Assembly: GCA_964016885.1 (NCBI GenBank)
Contig: OZ024749.1
Span: 24,304,001-24,368,000, forward strand
DNA length: 64,000 nucleotides
Direction: 5' to 3'
From: Eledone cirrhosa
Lineage: Eukaryota
Numbering within the stretch: the stretch's first letter is position 1; each line of letters opens with the position of its first letter. Of the stretch, positions 28,160-41,644 are shown piece by piece. The position numbers and the translations under genes are program-made. The notes under the pieces are model-generated. The model was not told the DNA's origin. It was given only the letters and a program-made list of their open reading frames with translations, and did not search any database.

Positions 28160-28287
28160 GTATATATATATATATGTATATATATGTATGTATATATATA
28201 TATATGTATATATATGTATATATATATATATGTATATGTATATATATGTATATATATATATATATGTATATATGTATATATATATAT

Positions 28288-28918
28288 AGCTAAGATATTT
28301 CTTTCCCTTATTACGAAGCATTTTCCCCCTACACATAAATATAGTAAAATTTTTAATAGAAATACTATTAAAATTTCTTACTCTACGACTCCTAACGTTG
28401 CATATAACATCACAGCTTCAAATTTAGCTAAACTACCTAGCCGTAGGAACACGTGCAACCCTGTAGTTAGTACTAACTGTAATTGTAGGAATCGGGCTGA
28501 TTGCCCCCTATCCGGGAAATGCCTCTCTAGTAACATTGTATACAAATGTAAGGTTGTAACAACCACGTCCCGTAGGGCCAACATAGGGTTAACCGCCAAT
28601 AGTTTCAAGCAGCGTCTTTACATGCATACCCATTCTTTTCGTTACCCTCTAAGAAGGAATATGACGTCACTTTCAGCTTATATCTGGAGTCTAAAAGACA
28701 ACCACACCCAATATAAGTTACACTGGGAGATCCTAGCTAGTGCTAGATCGTATAACGGAAATAAAAGACCATGTGACGTCTGCGCCGCTGAGGCACTGGA
28801 AATACTCTACGCCACAGACCACATTTTAAGCAAAAAATCTGAGGCAATTTCGGCTTGTAAACATAAATTGCACAAAACTTTCCTGTATTACAGCCCCACG
28901 TTATACCCTAACGGATAG
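28288..28918 (+). pseudogene. Naiad GIY-YIG endonuclease fragment
   Basis: [62 protein letters not shown]. Confidence 0.9.
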
Positions 28919-29915
28919 CACGATCTATACGTGAATATTTTACGTCATGATGTGGGAGCTAAGTATATGTTTTGTTTATTCCTTTACTTATTTGCATAGG
29001 TAAGTATATATTACCCGTATGTTTTGTGAAGGTATGTATACCTTCTCGTACGTATATTTGATTGTTATAGCGTATAATTTTTACATATTCTGGTATTTAG
29101 GGTTTGGCTATGTGTATAAGGTAGTTTTGCGTCCCCGTGAGTGTGCAGGTTCGTACGTATGGTGGGTGTGTGTATATGTGTACTTCTTGTTTTAGTTGAC
29201 TTACGTCTCCGAACTTTCGTGTATTTATATGTAGGTATGCGTGTGCGCTTGTTATATACGTATTTATTTACTTATATACGTTTATATAATTATTTATTTA
29301 TTTGTACACGAGCATCCACACACACACATATTTATATGTGCGTGGTTTTGTATACCCATGGTAAGGTTTTGCGTATGCTTGTGTATGTACGTATCTGTTT
29401 GCGTGTATGTATTTATTTGTTTCTATTACTTCTGTATTGTATTTATTTACTTTGTTCTTAACCCTGTAGCGGAGATTCATTTGGGCTCTTAGTTAGAATT
29501 TTAGTCTACGATTTCTGCTATACCATTTACGTGGTTTTGTCTTTGCGTGCTATTGTTCTCCACGCTCCACATATGACTTATTATCTTCGTTTTTTCGTTC
29601 ATTGCCAGAGAACGTCTCTATGCACCACCTAAGAGAACATTAGTCTACGACCTCTTTTATACCATAACCGTGGTTTTGTCTTTGTGCGTAATTGTTTTTC
29701 ACCGTTCCTATTAATGACGTATTATTCGTTTTTTCCCGTTCTTTGCCAGCGAACGTTACCACGAACCAAAGTATCGTCTTCCTGTCTTCCTCCGGTTGCA
29801 ACGTTTTTTGAAATATCCAGTTCTGCGTTTACAGATTGACTTTGTTAGTTTCAGAAAATCCCGTTAAGGGTGAAAGCAGCGATTCTTTGCTTAAACTTTA
29901 ATCTGTTATTTTAAT
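28288..29915 (+). mobile_element. 5'-truncated Naiad PLE (family N3)
   Basis: GIY-YIG remnant, then a ~1 kb 3' UTR with a degenerate HHR-like site at ~29845-29895. (TA)n flanks. Confidence 0.82.
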
Positions 29916-30020
29916 AAATGTATATATATGTATATAGATATATGTATATATATGTATATATATATATGTATATATGTATATATATGTATATATATGTATA
30001 TATATATATATATATGTATA

Positions 30021-30093
<73 letters not shown>

Positions 30094-30104
30094 GTATATA
30101 TATG

Positions 30105-30173
<69 letters not shown>

Positions 30174-30675
30174 CAAATCGTTGACAAATCGTTCTGACAA
30201 ATCAATCACAGTGAAAAATAGTTTAATTAGGAATAAATGAGAATTAGTAATTGTAATTAGTAATTGTATTGGTTAGTATTCAGTTTTGGTTTTAAGTTTT
30301 ACCGGTTGCGCATTTCTAAATGCTTTTCAAAAATAATTTTGAGATAGAGCGTCCGTGATGTTTGCTCTGATCTGATTAGTTTGGGGAATTCTACCTGTTG
30401 TTATGTTAAAAAAATGGCTCCAGCGCTATTAAAATTATTTTTTGCGCCATTTCGTGTCGCAAAAATTCTTGTGGTCAAAACAATTTTGATTGGTCGGTAG
30501 AGGTCATGCGAATGTAAAAAAATGATTTTGCGCCAAGACTGAGAAATGACTCTTTCACAACAAATATGTATGTGTGTGGGTGCAGTAGTAGTAAAGTGTT
30601 CGTTGTTGTGATAATGGTTAGCAGGGATGTGTGTGCGAACCGCAGCCAGTTGACGGTTCAGATGCCTATTAAGAC

Positions 30676-30677
<2 letters not shown>

Positions 30678-30735
<58 letters not shown>

Positions 30736-30738
30736 GTG

Positions 30739-30832
<94 letters not shown>

Positions 30833-31083
30833 GCAGAGTAATTCGTGGTAGATGGATGGTCAGTAGGAATGTGTATGTATGGGAGTGGGGGATATTTTAA
30901 CATGTCAAACGATATTTTTCAGCTCTTGTCTTATACGGAGAAGTGTGTGTGTGTGTGTGTGTGTGTGTAGCAGAGTAATTCGTGGTAGAGGGATGGTCAG
31001 TAGGAATGTGTCTGTAAGGGAGTGGGGGATATTTTAACATGTTAAAAGATATTTTTCAGCTCTTGTCTTATACGGAGAAGTGT

Positions 31084-31150
<67 letters not shown>
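30678..31150. repeat. (TG)n tracts alternating with a duplicated ~112 bp unit
   Basis: 30831-30943 is similar to 30968-31080. Confidence 0.85.
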
Positions 31151-31154
<4 letters not shown>

Positions 31155-31504
31155 AGTCTCTTTGTATGTTAATGTACGCGTGTGTATCTGTGTGTGTACA
31201 TGTGTGTGTGTGTGAGAATGTGTGTGTGTGGGTGGACCAGTATTATTTTTCCTCGTAACATCTTGTACATTATTCGATATTTTCATTAAAATCGATTCTC
31301 TCAATAGAACATCAAAAACCTTAACAATAAAAGGTGTGAAATGATATTCACTATATATATATACATATATTCACTATATATATATATATTGTTGTGTTGC
31401 ACCATAGAACATGTGTGTTTACGTATGTCATTGTGTTTAAATGTGGGTAGAGGTGTGTGCTGATGTAGGTATGTATGTTGACGTGTGTATCTTGTGGGTT
31501 CGTC

Positions 31505-31870
31505 TTAGGGAGAAGTCTTTAGACGGGGTCCGTATTCGTTAATATAGTAAGATTCCTTGCTGATGCGCTGGGTGCGGGTGGCATTATCTTTAAATTTGTA
31601 GAGGGGAAAGATTCTGAAGTTGGGATGATTTTGGGCAGCACAGGTATCAATGTGTTCACTCAGTGGTATTTTCCTGTATTCCCGTATTTTAATTTGGGAT
31701 CTATGGACAGTCATGCGTTGGCGGAGGCTGTTTTTGGTCTAGCCTATGTATTGTTCTCGGCAACCTGAGCAAGTTAATACATATATTAGATTTTCCGATG
31801 CACATGTGAAATTGTGTTTTACTATGAAACGTTGTCCTTCTTTGAAATAGAATTCCGAACACTCTATTAT
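31505..31870 (-). pseudogene. GIY-YIG endonuclease fragment of a Neptune-like PLE
   Basis: HNFTCASENLIYVLTCSGCREQYIG*TKNSLRQRMTVH...RISKESYYI...P.L, with one in-frame TAG. Clade assignment is by motif recall only. Confidence 0.82.
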
Positions 31871-31904
31871 ATACATATATATATATATATATATATGTAT
31901 ATGT

Positions 31905-34370
31905 AGGAGGTGAGTTTTATTGTAGTACAATAAAGCAATGCAGATATCGGATAAGAAGCACTCTACAGTTTGTAGGACTGGAGTATACATAGTATATAAG
32001 ATCAAAAGATGGTTAAAGGAGTTCCATGTATTTTATTATGCGCATTTCAAAAACAAACATCATCATGCAATAATATTTGTGTTTTCATCAGATAAAACAG
32101 GAGGACATGATATGAAGGCTAAAAAACACTTGTGGATAGTGCAGTTTTAAATCAACATATGAAAAGTAATTTTAGATTGATGTGTGATATTGGGAAAATA
32201 TTTTGTTTAGAGAGGGGGGAGTGGAAAGGATGAAAAAAAGGGGAGGAAATGAGAGTGAAGGTGGAGAGGGAGAGATGGGTGATAGATAGAAAGAGATAGT
32301 TTTTATAACTGAGAAAAGATATATTGTTTTACATAGAGAGGTTGAAAACCGTTGGAAGATAATGTATAAATTAAAAGAATTTGAAAATTAACGAAGGGAA
32401 AAATATGTACGAAGAAGGAGAGGGAGTTAATATGTATTGAGATTAAAAAGTTTGATGATAGAGAGAAAATAATAATGTATTGCGGATGAATATTCTAACG
32501 TCAAAAAAAAAAAAAAAAAAAATTGTGTGTATGTTTACAATGGAAATTTGAAAATTAACGAAGAGAAAAAAATTATTAAGGTTTGTGTATTGAAGGATTT
32601 GAGAAAAATAATGTGAAGTTAAGGTTTGTATATTGAAGGAATTGATAATATGTGCGAAGAAAGAGTTAATATGTATTAAGAATAAGTTAGATGATGGGGA
32701 GAAAAAAATAATAATTTAAGGATGAATAATCTAGCGTCAAAAACAAATGTATATGTTACGAAAGATTTTACAAGGTGAAGATAGCGCGAGGGTAATGAGT
32801 AAACAAGTATTATAGAGTGTATAATACCCTTTGAAGTAAGGTAGGAAGATGGGTATATTTTAAAAGAGGTGTATGTATATGTGCCTTTGCGAAAAGATTC
32901 TAAATTGATAAAGAATTGAATATTAGTTGTATACTGTGTGAAAAGTCTTATGGAATTTATGCAAGCAGATAGAAAACAAATCTGTACGTCTATTTATTAT
33001 AGAAACTAGATTAGAGATAATGGTAAATTTTTCATTTAGGCAGAGATTACAGATTTTAGATAGAGAGCTTTTTAAGTATGAAGACGCAGAAGAAACCTTC
33101 TTCCAAAAGATGGTATATTTAATGTTTTTGTCTTTCAAGGACCATATGAGTTCTGAGAGAGCCGTGTTGGTTCTTTTAAGTTTGTAAAAGAACCAACACG
33201 GCTCTCTCAGAACTCATATGGTCCTAGAAAGACAAAAACATTAAATATACCATCTTTTGGAAGAAGGTTTCTTCTGCGTCTTCATACTTAAACAGCTCTC
33301 TATCTAAAATCTGTAATCTCTGCCTAAATGAAAAATTTACCATTATCTCTAATCTAGATTCTATAATAAATAGACGTACAGATTTTTTTCTATCTGCTTG
33401 CATAAATTCCATAAGACTTTTCACAAAGTATACAGCTAATATTCAATTCTTTATCAATTTAGAATCTTTTCTCAAAGGCACATATACATACACCTCTTTT
33501 AAAATATACCCATCTTCCTACCTTACTTCAAAGAGTATTATGCACTCTATAATACTTGTTTACTCATTACCCTCGCTCTATCTTCACCTTGTAAAATCCT
33601 TCGTAACATATACATTTGTTTTTGACGCTAGATTATTCATTCTTAATTTATTATTTTTTTCTCCCCATCATCTAACTCATTCTTAATACATATTAACTCT
33701 TTCTTCTCACATATTATCAATTCCTTCAATATACAAACCTTAACTTCACATTATTTTTCTCAAATCCTTCAATACACAAACCTTAATAATTTTTTTCTCT
33801 TCGTTAATTTTCAAATTTCCATAATACTTGTAAACATACACACAATTTTTTTTTTTTTTTTTTTAATTTGACGTTAGAATATTCATCCGCAATACATTAT
33901 TCTTTTCTCTCTATCATCAAACTTTTTAATCTCAATACATATTAACTCCCTCTCCTTCTTCGTACATATTTTTCCCTTCGTTAATTTTCAAATTCTTTTA
34001 ATTTATACATTATCTTCCAACGGTTTTCAACCTCTCTATGTAAAACAATATATCTTTTCTCAGTTATAAAAACTATCTCTTTCTAACTATCACCCATCTC
34101 TCCCTCTCCACCTTCACTCTCATCTCCTCCCCTTTTTTTTCACCCCGCCCCCCCCCCTCTCTAAACAAAATATTTTCCCAATATCACACATCAATCTAAA
34201 ATTACTTTTCATATGTTGATTTAAAACTGCACTATCCACAAGTGTTTTTTAGCCTTCATATCATGGCCTCCTGTTTTATCTGATGAAAACACAAATATTA
34301 TTGCATGATGATGTTTGTTTTTGAAATGCGCATAATAAAATACATGGAACTCCTTTAACAATCTTTTGAT

Positions 34371-34376
<6 letters not shown>
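31905..34376. mobile_element. Fold-back Naiad PLE (family N4), ~1.2 kb arms
   Basis: 31994-33177 is inverted relative to 33186-34376. The centre encodes TALSELIWSLKD...CNLCLNEK...ICLHK on both strands. Confidence 0.9.
34274..34340 (+). ncRNA. Type I hammerhead motif (N4)
   Basis: ttttat-CTGATGA-[aaacacaaatattat/atgatgtttgttttt]-GAAAT-gcgc-ATA-ataaaa. Mirror copy at ~32030-32097(-). Confidence 0.8.
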
Positions 34377-34455
<79 letters not shown>

Positions 34456-34456
34456 G

Positions 34457-34533
<77 letters not shown>

Positions 34534-34680
34534 GTATATATATATTTATATATATATGTATATATATATATGTATATGTATATATATGTATATATATGTA
34601 TATATATATATATGTATATATATGTATATATATATATATGTATATATATGTGTATATATATATATATGTATATATATATA

Positions 34681-36463
34681 AATTGAAACAAAATGAAAAC
34701 GAAATTTCATTTCTCACTCTTAGTATGGCACTTACTTAAATGTAAGTATGCATGTATACGTACATACATATATGTATACAGACGTACAGTAGCATGCACA
34801 TATATATATATATACACATATATATACATATGCATACAGGTACACATACATATATGCACGTATCAGTTTAGCGGCGCTAACGTCGCTTTGTTCGTTTGTA
34901 AACAAACTGAACAGCCTGAATTTATGCCATACGGTGTTAAGGCAACCACGTCACCTTTTTGTTCAACACTGACACAGGAACGATGTACTAGTTTCAAGCT
35001 TGTTAGCTATCATCAGCACCGTTTACCCATCTGCCAGATAGTTGAACGTTCGAAAGTATATACTTTCCTTATGAAAATTAACGGCTGAGCAGCCTAATTT
35101 GCATATTGAGTGAGTTAAATCGGTCAGGCATACCGAAAACGATAAATTGAAACAAAATGAAAACGAAATTTCATTTCTCACTCTTAGTATGGCACTTACT
35201 TAAATGTAAGTATGCATGTATACGTACATACATATATGTATACAGACGTACAGTAGCATGCACATATATATATATATACACATATATATACATATGCATA
35301 CAGGTACACATACATATATGCACGTATCAGTTTAGCGGCGCTAACGTCGCTTTGTTCGTTTGTAAACAAACTGAACAGCCTGAATTTATGCCATACGGTG
35401 TTAAGGCAACCACGTCACCTTTTTGTTCAACACTGACACAGGAACGATGTACTAGTTTCAAGCTTGTTAGCTATCATCAGCACCGTTTACCCATCTGCCA
35501 GATAGTTGAACGTTCGAAAGTATATACTTTCCTTATGAAAATTAACGGCTGAGCAGCCTAATTTGCATATTGAGTGAGTTAAATCGGTCAGGCATACCGA
35601 AAACGATAAATTGAAACAAAATGAAAACGAAATTTCATTTCTCACTCTTAGTATGGCACTTACTTAAATGTAAGTATGCATGTATACGTACATACATATA
35701 TGTATACAGACGTACAGTAGCATGCACATATATATATATATACACATATATATACATATGCATACAGGTACACATACATATATGCACGTATCAGTTTAGC
35801 GGCGCTAACGTCGCTTTGTTCGTTTGTAAACAAACTGAACAGCCTGAATTTATGCCATACGGTGTTAAGGCAACCACGTCACCTTTTTGTTCAACACTGA
35901 CACAGGAACGATGTACTAGTTTCAAGCTTGTTAGCTATCATCAGCACCGTTTACCCATCTGCCAGATAGTTGAACGTTCGAAAGTATATACTTTCCTTAT
36001 GAAAATTAACGGCTGAGCAGCCTAATTTGCATATTGAGTGAGTTAAATCGGTCAGGCATACCGAAAACGATAAATTGAAACAAAATGAAAACGAAATTTC
36101 ATTTCTCACTCTTAGTATGGCACTTACTTAAATGTAAGTATGCATGTATACGTACATACATATATGTATACAGACGTACAGTAGCATGCACATATATATA
36201 TATATACACATATATATACATATGCATACAGGTACACATACATATATGCACGTATCAGTTTAGCGGCGCTAACGTCGCTTTGTTCGTTTGTAAACAAACT
36301 GAACAGCCTGAATTTATGCCATACGGTGTTAAGGCAACCACGTCACCTTTTTGTTCAACACTGACACAGGAACGATGTACTAGTTTCAAGCTTGTTAGCT
36401 ATCATCAGCACCGTTTACCCATCTGCCAGATAGTTGAACGTTCGAAAGTATATACTTTCCTTA
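34681..36463 (-). repeat. Tandem array of 464 bp units (3.8 copies), one HHR per unit; retrozyme-like
   Basis: Units start at 34681, 35145, 35609 and 36073 and appear identical. (TA)n on both sides. Confidence 0.92.
34979..35023 (-). ncRNA. Minimal type I hammerhead (also 35443-35487, 35907-35951, 36371-36415)
   Basis: Minus strand: aacggtg-CTGATGA-tagctaacaagctt-GAAAC-ta-GTA-catcgtt. Confidence 0.85.
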
Positions 36464-36523
36464 TATATGTATATATATATATGTATATATATGTATATAT
36501 ATATATATATATGTATATATATG

Positions 36524-36556
<33 letters not shown>

Positions 36557-36595
36557 GTATATATATATATGTATATATATGTATATATATATATA

Positions 36596-38242
36596 TTGGA
36601 ATAAATGCTCTGAAATAGTGATATATATGTGAATATAGACATAGAATATTCGAAAATATTCTGTATGTTTATAATAAACATTTTGAAGACCTAATCGCTA
36701 TAGAATAGAATACGTCAGAGCATTTATTCCAATTTCTAATTTCTGCCGGACCGGCAACCGCTCTTTCAAACCAGTTCCTGTACACAGCTAAGTATTCTAT
36801 AAGTCTCTAGCTGTGTCATTCTCGATAAAAGCACTGGATATGTAGTCCTGATGATTTCTAACGAGAATGAAACGCGTAGATTACTTCCCTTGCTTTTATC
36901 GAGAATCTAATTGTAATACGTGACGTATTCTATTCTATAGCGATTAGGTCTTCAAAATGTTTATTATAAACATACAGAATATTTTCGAATATTCTATGTC
37001 TATATTCACATATATATCACTATTTCAGAGCATTTATTCCAATTTCTAATTTCTGCCGGACCGGCAACCGCTCTTTCAAACCAGTTCCTGTACACAGCTA
37101 AGTATTCTATAAGTCTCTAGCTGTGTCATTCTCGATAAAAGCACTGGATATGTAGTCCTGATGATTTCTAACGAGAATGAAACGCGTAGATTACTTCCCT
37201 TGCTTTTATCGAGAATCTAATTGTAATACGTGACGTATTCTATTCTATAGCGATTAGGTCTTCAAAATGTTTATTATAAACATACAGAATATTTTCGAAT
37301 ATTCTATGTCTATATTCACATATATATCACTATTTCAGAGCATTTATTCCAATTTCTAATTTCTGCCGGACCGGCAACCGCTCTTTCAAACCAGTTCCTG
37401 TACACAGCTAAGTATTCTATAAGTCTCTAGCTGTGTCATTCTCGATAAAAGCACTGGATATGTAGTCCTGATGATTTCTAACGAGAATGAAACGCGTAGA
37501 TTACTTCCCTTGCTTTTATCGAGAATCTAATTGTAATACGTGACGTATTCTATTCTATAGCGATTAGGTCTTCAAAATGTTTATTATAAACATACAGAAT
37601 ATTTTCGAATATTCTATGTCTATATTCACATATATATCACTATTTCAGAGCATTTATTCCAATTTCTAATTTCTGCCGGACCGGCAACCGCTCTTTCAAA
37701 CCAGTTCCTGTACACAGCTAAGTATTCTATAAGTCTCTAGCTGTGTCATTCTCGATAAAAGCACTGGATATGTAGTCCTGATGATTTCTAACGAGAATGA
37801 AACGCGTAGATTACTTCCCTTGCTTTTATCGAGAATCTAATTGTAATACGTGACGTATTCTATTCTATAGCGATTAGGTCTTCAAAATGTTTATTATAAA
37901 CATACAGAATATTTTCGAATATTCTATGTCTATATTCACATATATATCACTATTTCAGAGCATTTATTCCAATTTCTAATTTCTGCCGGACCGGCAACCG
38001 CTCTTTCAAACCAGTTCCTGTACACAGCTAAGTATTCTATAAGTCTCTAGCTGTGTCATTCTCGATAAAAGCACTGGATATGTAGTCCTGATGATTTCTA
38101 ACGAGAATGAAACGCGTAGATTACTTCCCTTGCTTTTATCGAGAATCTAATTGTAATACGTGACGTATTCTATTCTATAGCGATTAGGTCTTCAAAATGT
38201 TTATTATAAACATACAGAATATTTTCGAATATTCTATGTCTA

Positions 38243-38246
<4 letters not shown>
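36596..38246 (+). repeat. Tandem array of 310 bp units (4.9 copies) with 120 bp inverted leader, one HHR per unit; retrozyme-like
   Basis: The same motif occurs at 36841, 37151, 37461, 37771 and 38081. 36596-36716 is the reverse complement of ~36921-37042. (TA)n flanks. Confidence 0.93.
36842..36884 (+). ncRNA. Minimal type I hammerhead (also starting 37152, 37462, 37772, 38082)
   Basis: gtagtc-CTGATGA-tttctaacgagaat-GAAAC-gc-GTA-gattac. Confidence 0.87.
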
Positions 38247-38295
<49 letters not shown>

Positions 38296-38301
38296 AAATA
38301 T

Positions 38302-38335
<34 letters not shown>

Positions 38336-38585
38336 GTATATAAATGTATAAATATATATATATATATATGTCTAAATGTATAAATATATATATGTATAAA
38401 TATATATATATACATATGTATAAATGTATAAATATATATATGTATAAATGTATATATAAATATGTATATAAATGTATAAATATATATACATATACAGATA
38501 TATGTATATATATGTATAAATGTATATATATATATATGTATATATATGTATAAATGTATATATATATATGTATATATATGTATAA

Positions 38586-38622
<37 letters not shown>

Positions 38623-38732
38623 TAATTTAATATATCTACTAACATAAGCGCACGGATGTACGCTAATGCCAGCAAATACACAGGTTATGTCATAGTACCT
38701 AGGTGGTTCAATGCAGGAGGATGCAGAACAAT

Positions 38733-38870
38733 AATATAAAAGATGTAAAATAAGAAAATTTAAAAAAATTTTTTTATAAAAAATTAACTTACTTACTTAA
38801 ATTTTTAAGTAAGTAAGTTAATTTTTAAAAAAAACTTTTTTAAAAATTTTCTTATTTTACGTCTTTTATA
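38733..38870. repeat. AT-rich palindrome, ~68 bp arms
   Basis: aaaagatgtaaaataagaaaattt...ttaacttacttacttaaa / tttaagtaagtaagttaa...ttttcttattttacgtctttt. Confidence 0.8.
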
Positions 38871-38921
38871 TATATATATATATATATATGTATAAATGTT
38901 TGTATATATATGTATAAATGT

Positions 38922-38959
<38 letters not shown>

Positions 38960-39040
38960 GTATAAATGTATATATAAATATGTATATAAATGTATAAATT
39001 TATATACATATACAGATATATGTATATATATGTATAAATG

Positions 39041-39073
<33 letters not shown>

Positions 39074-39119
39074 GTATAAATGTATATATATATATAAAAG
39101 ACGTAAAATAAGAACATTT

Positions 39120-41495
39120 TTTAATAAGGTCACAGGGACCTCCTCGACTCTAATCGAGGAAGGCATTAACACCATATGGAAAACATCTGTGTCCAACGAT
39201 AACTGCCAAAGAAGGTAAAAAACAACATAGTGACTCGAAACAGCAAATTACCCACCTTCTTCCACCTGATTAAAACACATAAACAAGGACCCGATTTGAA
39301 AATCAGGCCCATTGTCTCTAGCGTGGAGGGCCCACTCTACAAAATATCGTGGCTGCTCTCCACACTACTGAAACCCATTCTACACACACTACCAGCCCAC
39401 GTCTGCAGCTCAAAGGAGGTCTTAGAGCGACTACACCATCTGGCGCCCAACACCAGAAAGGACAACGGTTATGCCTTCAGTCTTGATGTGGTCGCCCTTT
39501 ATACCTCCGTACCAGCATCCCCAGCTGTCGATCTGTTGACCGAACGAGTCCGAGGATCTGACTTACACTGCTTCGGACTCACACACACGGACATCCACCA
39601 ACTCCTCTCCTTCGTTGTGGATGCACTCTTCAATTTCCTCGGCCACACGTACAAACAAATCTCTGGGCTACCTATGGGCTCTAGTCTGTCCGGCATACTT
39701 GCGATCTCGTACATGGACCACCTGGAACGCAAGGCACTCAATACCTGCCAACCCAACGCCGTCGCCTTCTACTCCAGATACGTTGATGACATCCTGATAC
39801 TTACTTCTTCCCGGGAGATGGCGAATGAAATTCACCAAATCTTCAACGATACTGACCATCACGTCGATTTCACCATCGAACACCCAGGAGAAGACGGGTC
39901 ACTCGCCCTCCTCGACTTCCGTATCAACATCTCGGAAGAAGGAGACATAAACACCACCTTCTACCGCAAAGCAGCGTGCAAGGACTTATTTGTGCATTAT
40001 AACTCAGCCCTCCCCAACAACGCTAAGAGAGGCTATGTCCTAAATGAACTGACACGGATCACTAACAGATGCAGCGACCCGATGGGTGGTCTCACCCATA
40101 CCGCGCAATTCCGTAATCTACTCAGATCTAATGGTTATCCCAAGCGACTGATTAACGGAATTAGAGACCCCAGACCCAATAGACAGACACCCACTAGAAA
40201 CTTAAATAAAAGCAGGTGCTTCTTTAAAATCCCCCACCTGAGTGAATATACCACGAACGCCATCCGCAGGGCCATACGGACGGAGGGACTTGACATACAT
40301 TTGGCCCACACAGGACTTTCGCTGCGAAGATGCCTCTCCAACAAACCCGACGAGTCAGATGGGACGTGTTCCTTCAGCAACTGCCCGATACGGGGGGAAG
40401 ATTGCCTACGCACCTATGTCGTATATAAGATTCAATGCGATAAATGTAACAAGTTTTACATAGGTAGCACCATCCGACCCCTACATGTTCGTATCAAGGA
40501 ACATATCAACACCAACGCATCTTCCTTCCGTAAACACATCCTTAAATGCGGAAACCCACAGGGTAGACCCTTGGTCACAGTCCTAGCGACTGAACGCAGC
40601 ATCGGATCCTTAAGGATAAAGGAAGCACTTGTTATTAAGAACCTCAGACCCCCACTTAACAACCGGGCTGAGAGAAATGAGCTGACATGGCTAACTTAAC
40701 CATAGTGACCATTCACAGCCTACGGCCTGCTATCTTCACACACACGCACGTATATGCATACCCATACGCATACACACACACATCTATATTTATACACGCA
40801 CACATGTTTTTACAACCTACCACCTTTCACACCCTTTGATTTCCAGCTTCTACAGCCCACTATTTTTCACACACAAACGCACTCACACATATACACACAC
40901 AGTTACACACACATGTATACCCATACGCTTACACACACACATCTATATTTATACACGCACACATGTTTTACAACCTACCACCTTTCACACCCTTTGATTT
41001 CCAGCTTCTACAGCCCACTATCTTTCACACACACACACACTCACACATATACACACTTACACTTATACACACAGTTACACACACATATATATTTACACAC
41101 ACATATCTTACGGCTTTCACACGCTAGCGCACCCTCTTGATTTAACCCATTTGGTCAGTAGCTTTTGCCACAGCCTATCACGCGTAAGCGCATTCTTTCC
41201 CTCGTTTAAATTTTAAATAATTTTCTCCCCATAACGGCATTCCTGTCTTAACAACATCACAACTTTCTCCGCTTGGCCTGTTTCCCCCCCCCCCCCCGTT
41301 TTGGAACTTTCCCCCGTTGATGGGCGTGAGCCCGAAATATTGGGATTAAATCTCCACTACGGTAACCCTTCTACCTTTGTTTTGTTTTCATCTTTGTCTC
41401 TCTCAATTTTCACTTTCACCTGTTTTTCCTATCTATCTTTCACTTCCTACCTCGAGATTTCCCTCTGCAATGTTGTGGCTTTCTTAACTACGTAT
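39120..41495 (+). mobile_element. 5'-truncated Penelope/Poseidon-like PLE
   Basis: RT + GIY-YIG ORF, then a CA-rich 3' UTR with a ~175 bp duplication and a degenerate HHR at 41310-41345. (TA)n flanks. Confidence 0.88.
39230..40699 (+). CDS. PLE reverse transcriptase + GIY-YIG endonuclease (N-terminally truncated, 489 aa open)
   Basis: [73 protein letters not shown]....P.LN. Confidence 0.92.
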   Translation: MTRNSKLPTFFHLIKTHKQGPDLKIRPIVSSVEGPLYKISWLLSTLLKPILHTLPAHVCSSKEVLERLHHLAPNTRKDNGYAFSLDVVALYTSVPASPAVDLLTERVRGSDLHCFGLTHTDIHQLLSFVVDALFNFLGHTYKQISGLPMGSSLSGILAISYMDHLERKALNTCQPNAVAFYSRYVDDILILTSSREMANEIHQIFNDTDHHVDFTIEHPGEDGSLALLDFRINISEEGDINTTFYRKAACKDLFVHYNSALPNNAKRGYVLNELTRITNRCSDPMGGLTHTAQFRNLLRSNGYPKRLINGIRDPRPNRQTPTRNLNKSRCFFKIPHLSEYTTNAIRRAIRTEGLDIHLAHTGLSLRRCLSNKPDESDGTCSFSNCPIRGEDCLRTYVVYKIQCDKCNKFYIGSTIRPLHVRIKEHINTNASSFRKHILKCGNPQGRPLVTVLATERSIGSLRIKEALVIKNLRPPLNNRAERNELTWLT

Positions 41496-41515
41496 TTTAT
41501 ATATATATATGTATA

Positions 41516-41644
<129 letters not shown>

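Noticed and set aside
29845-29895. Functional hammerhead in the N3 3' UTR
   Set aside because: The core reads CAGAAAA and stems I and III are poor, so it is at most a relic.
34693-36618. Repeated 131 aa ORF in the 464 bp array
   Set aside because: It has no recognisable motif, is partly microsatellite-derived, starts at a non-ATG codon, and is antisense to the ribozyme strand.
34681-38246. CRISPR-like arrays
   Set aside because: The units are identical end to end with no unique spacers, there are no cas genes, and the context is eukaryotic.
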